A stretch of DNA of 63,153 nucleotides, filler included, from Thraustochytrium aureum (lineage: Eukaryota): assembly GCA_012862495.1 (NCBI GenBank). It is 3 parts of 3 records of this genome, joined end to end, with 100 filler letters (N's around TTAATTAATTAA, not from the genome) between each part and the next. Parts side by side here need not be neighbours in the genome. Positions count along the whole stretch, not along the records: positions 49,920 to 63,153 come from BLSG01000146.1; 2 more parts are not named here. One strand, 5' to 3'. The notes beneath the pieces were generated by a model. It was not told where the DNA came from. It saw only the letters and a list, made by a program, of their open reading frames with translations, and did not search any database. The position numbers were made by a program, and so were the translations under genes. This document shows, in pieces, positions 54,339-63,153 of the stretch. Each line of letters starts with the position of its first letter. Within the stretch, counting starts at the first letter, position 1.

Positions 54339-57300
54339 TCAACCTGGGAGCGCCGCAGGTCTTGTCAACGTCAGCTCAAGGTTCGACTGCTCCACCTGGG
54401 CTTGCACTGCGCGACGGTGGCGCTGAGCCGCATCAATGGCGTGCCCTCCAGCAGAGGTTGATGCATCGAGGTTGTCTTCCAGACGAGCCCAGCCCACATG
54501 TTCAACGTCTGCCCTAATCCCAGGCTGGAAGCTGTCAAACGTGACCTCTTCGCGCTCGCGAAAGATGCGTCCAACCATCTCGAAGGAAAGCATGGGCCTG
54601 CCAAACAAAGACTCGTGCTCCGCTGTGATTCGTTCCCGCGCCTCGCTCGTTGGGAGATCTTTCAATGGGCCAAACTTGGCCTCGGCCGACAGCACAGCGC
54701 GAAAGCACCGCCGATGCGCGCGACCACGTATGGCGGCCTGCAAGCACATCGCAGCAAGGCTCTCCTTGACGATTTGAACCTTGCGAAGCCGATCAACGAG
54801 CTCGGCGGGGGAGAGGGAGCTTGGGTCCACGTTCACCAGGATGATTACTTCGAGGCACTCAAAGAAGCCGATACTCGGCACGTTTGCCACAACCTTGAAG
54901 CTGGTGCAGTCATGATTGACGGGGCAGCTGCACGGACGGCTGGTGTGGATGACCTGAAAGATTTCGAGGCGGGCTTGGTTGTACTGCTCGCGTTTTTCGC
55001 GCTCTCTCCATGGTGCACAACCAGAGCTCGTAAAGGGCACGCCCAGGGCGTAAAAGAACGACCGAAATGCGCTGACGCTAATCCGCCCTGTGGCGTGCGG
55101 GTCGTACAGTCGCCACTTCTCCTCGAAGCGCTCAAAATCGTCCTCCGAGAAGGCCCACCGGAAGGAGACCAGCTTGCTCTTTGACTCGAAGGCGTCGATT
55201 ACCGTCGCCGCGTAGAGGTTGACAAATACCCCAAACGTCAGAAAGTAGAACGAGAAAAAGTAAGCGTGCGCGAGCTTGTAGGATCCGCAGTCGACACCTG
55301 CCTCGCACGCTGGCGCCTCGACACTGCAGTCGCGCATTATGGGTATCCAGTTGTCGCCCGCCGCAATCTGAAAAAGCGTCAGCAGCGAATCGGAAAAGGT
55401 AGAAAAGTTCGCAGCGCTGCCTAGCACCGCCCCGTGCCGCACGCGCGCGAAAAGCTGCATTCCGAGGACAGCGTACACAAACAAGAGCAGGAAAAAGACC
55501 ACGGTCACATTGACCATTGAGGGCAAGCACTCCACGAGTACAGCAACCATTCGTCCCGCTTTGGAGCTCGTTCGGGAGTGCCCGTCGACAATGCGAAGCA
55601 GCCTCGAGATGTCGATCGCGCGAATGACCACGACGATGTCAAGTGACCGACCCGACCAAAGCAAACCAAGGAGCAGCGCGAGCGAGACCGCCTCTACAGC
55701 AGGCGAGATTCGGAGGTATCGCACGTGCGCCAGTCTCTGCGGGTCATATCCGGTGCGAAAGTAAGTCCGCTTTGGCCCAAACGCGGCGAGTCGAGCTCCG
55801 TGAACAAGTGCGTGCTCGGTCGCGAAGACGCCGTGGACGACTAGGCGAAACTCTGGCGGGATTGCCTCCGTGCGCAACAGAGTCACGCACAGTACATAGC
55901 CTATCGTGCACCCAGCTGCCACGGCCTCAAACCATTCGGCCTGGCACAAATTGAACAACCGTCGCCGAACCGGATTGGCTGGAGGATTCACGTGAGGCTG
56001 CATGTTGGACATAATCCGGCGCATCTCCATCCACTGGAGCTGACCGGGGGTGAGCAGCAGCGTTCCAGAGAACGACCTATAGGTGCCGACGATTACGCCG
56101 ATGAAGAGCTTCATCATAAAAAAGCTTCCGAGAAAGATAAACCCCACGAAGAACACGGGGGCCGCCCGCGTGACGTTTAGTCCTGCCCAGAGCTTCTCGG
56201 GCCATGCTTTCATCGAGATCGTCTCAACAAGGGTGCCCAGTGCGTCCCCCGCCGAATCGAAGGTGAAGGGCAGATTATCCCACGTCCGCGCGCGCAGCAT
56301 GCGACTTGAAGAGTCGATGTAGTGGCCGCGACAGTGCTCCTGGTTCGTGACGGCGATGTCGGAGCACCGAGAAAACGCTCCCATAAACATCTCCATTCCA
56401 ATCACTGCGAACCCGTACATGAACGCGACTATCACAACGCACGTGTACGAGACCGGCTTTATGGCGAGAATAAGAGAATCCACGATTACCTTGAGCCCTT
56501 GGTTGCGGTTAACCATTCGAAGCGGCCGCAGCACGCGCCCAAGTCGCAAAATGCGGCCAACGCCCGAGCTGTCACCGAAGAGACCGACGTACGAAACCAC
56601 TAGGACGACGATGTCAAGCGCGTTCCAAGAATCGCTCAAGTAGGCCCGGGGCCCCAGCCCGACGACCTTGATGGCAAACTCAGCTGTAAAGAATGCTGCG
56701 AAAACACTCGGCAACCTCGAGCAGAAGTTGGATGTTCGGCGTTTGTTTTCGTACTTGGGCGACTCCAGCGTGAGCAGCACAGAGCTGACGAGAATGCCGG
56801 CAATCACAACGCCTTCAAACCCGGGGTGAACGGCCAGCGCTGCAAGGGCTCCGCGAGCGCGCTTTGCCATTGACAGCTTACTGTGAAGATCTTGCTGCAC
56901 AGGATGAGGTACTGGAGAAACCTGCGCCAGCTTGGGTCTATCGGTCGGCTCCAGTTGCTCAACGCCCCCCCTCGCTTTGCCCTCCGCCATGCCGCGATTG
57001 TTGCGACGCAGAGCCGCGAGAATGCGCTCGTCGCGCTCGGCGCGCAGTTGGCGCAGCTCATCCTCGGACTTGGCAAAGCCAGCCATGACAACCACGCCCA
57101 GAAAGTTGAGAACGATGACTGTGCCAAACAGGTGGAACGTGAAGAAGAACGGCGCGGCCATCGCCTTGGTCTCACTCTTGAGGACGTTGTAATAGATTGG
57201 CCACATTGCTCCGCCGGTCATGATCTGAAACAGCGTGAGCATCGCGTCCCAGAAGTGTCAAAGTTGGCTAGGGGTGGTGCGTAGAGCTCGGCGAAGGTTG

Positions 57301-59959
57301 CGTTGGTCAGAGCAAGAACCTCTGCGGGTACTGGATTAAGCTTGGCACCAAACAGCTGCATGCCCAGAATGGCAAATACCGAGAGAAGGAGCGTGGAAAA
57401 CAGGACGAGGTTGGCCATGGCAGGAAGGGAAACGACCAGTGCGGTGAGGATGCGCAGCAGGTCCTGGTTTCGGCGCAGCAGGCGCACAATCCGAAGGAGC
57501 CGCAGCATGCGGAGCAGACTGAGATTGACCATGTCCTCTGCTAAGAGGTCCACGATGCTGCAAAAGACGAGCAAGAGGTCGAACACGTTCCAACTCGAGG
57601 CAAAGTATCGCATCCTTAATGCACCGAGTTTCAGAAGCGCCTCGCCCATGTAGAGAAACGCAAACGCCTGCTCCAGCCCGCTCAAAACCGCCGCGCGGCG
57701 CGCGCTTTGGCTTGCATAGTCCATGCCAAGTGCAATAAAGTTGGCGAGGATGGCGGCGCTGATGAGGCCTTCAAAGGCCCTGTGGTCGACAAGGGCCACC
57801 AGCTTTGCCCGCCATTTGCTCTCCCCTGACGCGCTGCAACAAGGGGATGCGGCGTGCGAGTCAGGCTCAAGGGCAAGCTCGACAGTGGGGCTGGCGCTGG
57901 CCCCGTCTTTTGAGGATCGCACGATCCCTTCCGCTGGGGCGATCTTCTGGTTCGATCTGCGCCACGCAGGGAGGAGAGATTTCTTCTCGGCAGTCTTGGT
58001 GTTGCGCAGCTGCGTTTCCCGTCGAATCGTGGCGAACGTGCTTCGAATGATTGCGATGAAGATGCTGAGAACCATGCCCGTCACGAAAAGGTTTAACGCC
58101 GTGAAGAAGAGCAGGACTGCAAAGTAGTTGCCCAACGCCGGCGAAACGCTCGACAATCCCTGCAAGTAGGTCCCGCTGCCAGCCCTGACGCTGATCGAAT
58201 AAAGGGCCGTGAAGGCCCCCCCAAAGCTGTCCAGCCCGTACGCAACGGTGCCCGGGACAGCGTGGGCCTGCGGCGGCGAGCAGTACGATCCGGCAGGGCA
58301 CGCCGATGACTCGAAGCAGTACTTGGGTGGAAAGATTTGGCGCGACGTCCGCTCACTCGCGCAGTGCCTTGCCAAATCGGACTGCCAGAGGTCAAGAGCG
58401 ACGATGGTGAAGAGTACCAGTACGTACATGTAAACAATCATGCCCTGAAACACGATCGCAAGCGTTCGGATGAAGGTCTCCACAATCTCTCGCAAGCCCT
58501 CGAGCACCTTAAAGGCCCGCAGCACGCGGAGAACCCGGAGTGCGCGAAATGCGGTCAAATTGACTTCGACAGAGCGGTGCTGGCCGTCGTGTTCGCCCGC
58601 ACCGTCACTCATCGCTCCTGTAACCCACCCAGAAACCACGACGAACAAGTCGAGCGCGTTCCACGGGTCGCTGAGGTAGAATGAAAAGCTTTCCAAGGAA
58701 AGAACGCGCAGCACCACCTCAACCGTGAAAATCCAAGCAAACACGCGCTCAAGAACATCACCGAGCGCGATGAGGTCCGCGTACTCCGCTGCGCGCTCTG
58801 GGTCCACCTCGAGCAGAGGGCTCTTGCAGGCCATGGATATTGCAGAGCACATTATGGCCAAATAGACGAAAGTCGTGAGCGCGCGCCCGTCAACAAACCC
58901 ATGCAGTCTTGTCGCGAGGTCGTTTGGGCGCTGGTCAAGAGGGTGCGGTGCGCGCTGGGCGACTCGAACACCATAGACATCGCGGAAGCCGTCGACGAGA
59001 CGGTTTCTTCGAGCCTCCCCGCCCTCTGAGCTCGGAACCGCAAAGTCAACCGACTTGAGCGGCCCGTCAGCGGACTCCCGAAAAACGAGTGAGAAACAGC
59101 AAAAGTATGCTTCTAGCCTCTTTTCCGCCGGCACAAACTTAAGCGTGCGAGCGAACGCCGTCGTCTCCATGCCCACGACCACTTGCTCGAGTTGGCAAAG
59201 TGGCACGCGGAGAACCTTGCTCAACCGCATGTTTGCCCAGCAAGTGCCCATCACGACCTCAACGTGCGGCGTTTCACCGCTCGTCTCCACTCGGAGCACC
59301 CCTCGCCTCGGCGGGCCCGACCAGGCTGCGGGGTCGTGAAACATCACCCGCGCCCCTCGTGCCACGAGGGATACGAACTTGCTCGCTGNNNNNNNNNNNN
59401 NNNNNNNNNNNNNNNNNNNNNNNNNNNNNNNNNNNNNNNNNNNNNNNNNNNNNNNNNNNNNNNNNNNNNNNNNNNNNNNNNNNNNNNNNNNNNNNNNNNN
59501 NNNNNNNNNNNNNNNNNNNNNNNNNNNNNNNNNNNNNNNNNNNNNNNNNNNNNNNNNNNNNNNNNNNNNNNNNNNNNNNNNNNNNNNNNNNNNNNNNNNN
59601 NNNNNNNNNNNNNNNNNNNNNNNNNNNNNNNNNNNNNNNNNNNNNNNNNNNNNNNNNNNNNNNACCTGTGCGCGTAGGCGCGTGCAGCGCCCGCTCCGCC
59701 CGCGCCCTTCGCTGGTTTCCGGCTCTGAGCGGTGTCTGAGAGCCTGGAACAAGAGGAGGTCCGCTAGATCCGTTGCCATTCGAACGTCAGCATGTTGGTC
59801 GTCGTTTGTACTCGGCGAGCGCTCACCACCGACGTTGGCGGTCGAGGATGCGCCCAGGGTCCCCAGAGCGGCACGGGATTGCAGGTGCCGAGCCTGAGTT
59901 TCGAGTTTCTCCCGGGGCGCACCTCTGCGAGACGGGGGGTCGGTCCACTGGATGCTCAA
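54339..59959 (-). CDS. four-domain voltage-gated cation channel (Cav/Nav/NALCN superfamily) with N-terminal PH-like domain and C-terminal EF-hand and IQ; frameshift near 57255; gap 59389-59663; start uncertain
   Basis: S4 helices RALRVLRVLRAFK, RMLRLLRIVRLLRR and RILRLGRVLRPLRMV; WNALD/WNVFD S3 motifs; III-IV linker LLLTPGQLQW; FSEDDFERFEEKWRLYDP; AAMCLQAAIRG. Confidence 0.88.
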
Positions 59960-60136
59960 CGTCGAACAGCAAGCAGCTCGAGACGATCGTTATCGCGCCT
60001 TACACAATACTAGCTAGCTAGAGAACTGTCTGCCTGCGCTGGGGCGGACAGGGTGGCGCGCGCGTAGCGGCGGGGCTCGGGCTGTGAACAAACAAGTCCG
60101 AAGGCGCCGAGTCGCTGCGCGCGAGAAGGGCAAGAA

Positions 60137-60964
60137 CTACGCACCCGACGCCGGGATTTCGTCAAAGAGCTCGGCCTGAGCGTACATGTCCGACTCGGAG
60201 CTCGAGCTGTCTGTGCGCTTGAGCTCGCTGTAGCGTGCCTGCGCATGTCCAGGCGAGCCGGGCTCGCGGATATCGTCCTTGAAAAGGTGGATGAGAAGTG
60301 GCGAAGCCAGCGTTGTCAAGAGGATGACGAGCCACATGTAGCGCGGGTGGCGCTCCTGAGGGGGCGGGCACTGCTCGAGGTGGTCAGTGCAGCCAAAGCT
60401 GCGTTCGCAAAACCCGCAGGTTTCGTCGCACATCCCGGCGAGCACGAGACGCGTGCACGAGTGGCAAAAGTCCTTGGCGCAACTGGCTAGGCCCGTTTTC
60501 AGCCACTCTTTGCACGTGGTCTGGTTCGGGACACAGACAGGGTCTGGCGCGCAGTACTCGTGCAACAGGTAGCCGGAAAGGTAGCCCACGGGGAGCTTGG
60601 AGAGGAAGAGCGGGGCCGAGGCGAGAGCCATGAAGGCGGCCTCCTTGCCGCGCGGCGCGATGGAAACCTGATAGTCGAGAAACCGTGGGCTCCAAATCGC
60701 TTCCCCAAGCGAGAGCTGCAGGACGAAGAGCAGGGCAGCGGCGATCGTGTCGGAAAAGACAAGGTAGATGCAGCTCGTTGCAGATATGTAGCCGCCAAGG
60801 ATGATCATGGTGAAGGCGTCAGCTTGCGCCGTGAACGCCGAGATGAGCGGGACGAGCCCGATGATCACGGCTGGGTTAACCGCGTAGATCATCCCCTTGT
60901 TGACGGCCTGGCCATGCACGCGCACGAGGTACTTTGGGAGCGTTGCGTCCAGGTGGCGGAACAC
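60137..60964 (-). CDS. MFS/POT-like transporter, C-terminal half, with a Cys-rich ShK-like insert; 5' half in gap
   Basis: FRHLDATLPKY, IYAVNP, GEAIWSPR, IAPRGKE.AFMALAS.PLFLSK and several TM helices. Confidence 0.8.
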   Translation of the reverse strand: MFRHLDATLPKYLVRVHGQAVNKGMIYAVNPAVIIGLVPLISAFTAQADAFTMIILGGYISATSCIYLVFSDTIAAALLFVLQLSLGEAIWSPRFLDYQVSIAPRGKEAAFMALASAPLFLSKLPVGYLSGYLLHEYCAPDPVCVPNQTTCKEWLKTGLASCAKDFCHSCTRLVLAGMCDETCGFCERSFGCTDHLEQCPPPQERHPRYMWLVILLTTLASPLLIHLFKDDIREPGSPGHAQARYSELKRTDSSSSESDMYAQAELFDEIPASGA

Positions 60965-62105
60965 NNNNNNNNNNNNNNNNNNNNNNNNNNNNNNNNNNNN
61001 NNNNNNNNNNNNNNNNNNNNNNNNNNNNNNNNNNNNNNNNNNNNNNNNNNNNNNNNNNNNNNNNNNNNNNNNNNNNNNNNNNNNNNNNNNNNNNNNNNNN
61101 NNNNNNNNNNNNNNNNNNNNNNNNNNNNNNNNNNNNNNNNNNNNNNNNNNNNNNNNNNNNNNNNNNNNNNNNNNNNNNNNNNNNNNNNNNNNNNNNNNNN
61201 NNNNNNNNNNNNNNNNNNNNNNNNNNNNNNNNNNNNNNNNNNNNNNNNNNNNNNNNNNNNNNNNNNNNNNNNNNNNNNNNNNNNNNNNNNNNNNNNNNNN
61301 NNNNNNNNNNNNNNNNNNNNNNNNNNNNNNNNNNNNNNNNNNNNNNNNNNNNNNNNNNNNNNNNNNNNNNNNNNNNNNNNNNNNNNNNNNNNNNNNNNNN
61401 NNNNNNNNNNNNNNNNNNNNNNNNNNNNNNNNNNNNNNNNNNNNNNNNNNNNNNNNNNNNNNNNNNNNNNNNNNNNNNNNNNNNNNNNNNNNNNNNNNNN
61501 NNNNNNNNNNNNNNNNNNNNNNNNNNNNNNNNNNNNNNNNNNNNNNNNNNNNNNNNNNNNNNNNNNNNNNNNNNNNNNNNNNNNNNNNNNNNNNNNNNNN
61601 NNNNNNNNNNNNNNNNNNNNNNNNNNNNNNNNNNNNNNNNNNNNNNNNNNNNNNNNNNNNNNNNNNNNNNNNNNNNNNNNAGTCTGGGCAACAACCCGTG
61701 CACCGATCACGGTCTCTGCGGCCCTAGCTCTAGCTAGAGGCCTTGAGCCTCTCTCGAGCTAGAGCTAGGCCTTGAGCTTCGGGGCTGGCAGCTTGCCGGA
61801 GTGGCGGGCGGAAACGGGCGGCAAGAGCGCGCTGGAAATACTTTGGAATAATAGCGAGCAACCCGCCGAGGCCGCTGGAGCTAACGAGGCGCTGATCGCA
61901 GCAACGCAATGCGTCGCTCATCCGTGTGCGTGCTGCGACGACGGCCGAGGGCGCGCAGCGGACTGCGCACATGTTAGCACCAGCTTGGCAGAGGCGCGTC
62001 TCGCGCAACGGGTAGAAAGCCGGAGCACCGCCCTCTATGACGTCCGCGCCTACGGCCGTGGTAAAAATAAAATAACGCAGGCAGAGCACGGAAGCGGGGA
62101 GTCGC

Positions 62106-62787
62106 TCACGTCGTGGCACCAGCACGCTGCGCCTTGATGCGCTCCTTGAGCTGCTTTTGCTTGGACAGCTTTTTCTTCGCGCTCGAGTCGGGCAGTTTGT
62201 TGATAATGTTCTGCTGTGCGTATACACCCCAGGCAACGAGCCCGAGAAAGAGCAAGACCACAAACCCGAGGATCGTGCCGCGCGGGTCGGGTTTGTCAGC
62301 CTCAGACCCGGGCTCCTCGTTGCTTGAACCACCAGCCCCGGCTCCCTGGCCAGGCGGCACCAGGACGGACTGGATCTCGTGCTTGCATTCCGAGGAAACG
62401 TCTTTTCCCTGCAGGTCCAAATTGTGAGTCAAACGCACCGGAATCAGCTGGGTTTGCGAGGTGCTGCCACGGCCTGTGCCTGTCAACTTACCTCGTGTAG
62501 GCGGCTTGCATCTCCTCGCGGCAACCGTCCGACAGCTTGGAGAACAGCTGTTGAAGCTTTTCAAGCTCGGCCGGGTCTGGCTGCCCTTCCTGCTGACCGG
62601 CGGCAGCTGGCTCTTCGTCGGTCACCTCAACCTCCTCTTCTGCGCGAGCGACTTGCACGGCGTTCCCCGCTGCAAGCAGCACAGCCATCGCCGGCCCCAC
62701 GACCACCGCCGATGCAGCGCCATCACATCCCGCCCACACGCCCGCGGCGCCCACGACCGCCGCGGCAAGGCACGACGCCGTCTTCAT
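62106..62787 (-). CDS. hypothetical single-pass membrane protein, 2 exons (intron 62491-62409); needs a 1-nt correction at the junction
   Basis: Hydrophobic N-terminus, acidic stretch, GCREEM|..SECKHEIQ, TM ILGFVVLLFLGLVAWGV and basic tail; GTAAGT donor and CTGCAG acceptor. Confidence 0.65.
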
Positions 62788-62824
62788 CCTCCCGACCTGC
62801 AAGCCCTGCACCGCTTTCCAGCTG

Positions 62825-63050
62825 TCACCGTTGCGCAACGTCCACGGCCTCTCCCAACGACAGCCCGACGAGCCCCAGCGTTTGCCCAAGCGCGGCCAGC
62901 AGCCCGTGCAGCTCCACCTTCACCGCGCGCAGCTCCAGCACCTGCTGCACTCGCTCGTTCGCGCTGTGCTCGAGCACCAACTGGGTCTGCTGCGCATCCA
63001 ACCTGGCAGGCACCTGGCCAACCTGGATCTGCCTTTCGCTTTGGTAGCGC
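62825..63050 (-). CDS. possible last exon of an upstream hypothetical gene
   Basis: Helical-looking frame QTQLVLEHSANERVQQVLELRAVKVELHGLLAAL ending 37 nt before the next ATG. Confidence 0.3.
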
Positions 63051-63153
63051 CCAACCATACCTCCTGCTCGGTCGATCGACGCCCGCCGCTGCCGCAGACC
63101 GCCCAACGCACGCAGCACGCAGGCACGCAGGCAGGCAGGCATGAACGCACATA

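Noticed and set aside
1..63153. tRNA, rRNA, transposase or reverse-transcriptase genes
   Set aside because: None recognised by eye; tRNAscan-SE, Infernal and RepeatMasker would be needed to exclude them.

Overview
GC-rich, intron-poor EUKARYOTIC draft sequence. Gene content and style fit a heterotrophic stramenopile such as a labyrinthulomycete/thraustochytrid, but that is inference only. Two artificial 100-nt linkers (N44-TTAATTAATTAA-N44) split the window into three unrelated scaffolds: 1-19280, 19381-49819 and 49920-63153. There are many N gaps and about 16 single-base frameshifts, mostly at short homopolymers; one is in RPS13, so they are almost certainly sequencing errors. Recognisable genes: GLDH, CCDC137-like, PPIL3, an ankyrin protein, an IMPase/BPNT-kinase fusion, a GAF-GAF-PAS adenylyl cyclase, an alpha/beta hydrolase, RPS13, a Met10-like flavoprotein, a THUMP methyltransferase, an SDR, two MFS transporters, WDR6, a triple EF-hand-pair protein, a NACHT-type WD40 NLR-like gene, Vma22/CCDC115, a four-repeat Myb, TAF5 and a four-domain cation channel. 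The standout is an intronless LRR-NEL E3 ubiquitin ligase gene (21811-24415, minus). NEL is the IpaH/SspH bacterial effector ligase family. This copy has an intact C-x-D catalytic motif and a U-box-like tail, and sits on a scaffold of eukaryotic housekeeping genes. Other candidates: a four-domain channel with an N-terminal PH domain and a non-canonical selectivity filter, a CyaB1-type cyclase, a possible giant-virus-derived fragment at 50.4-51.7 kb, an ShK-like insert in a transporter, and an AT-rich island of five pseudo-palindromes. All family calls come from motif recognition by eye; no searches were run.
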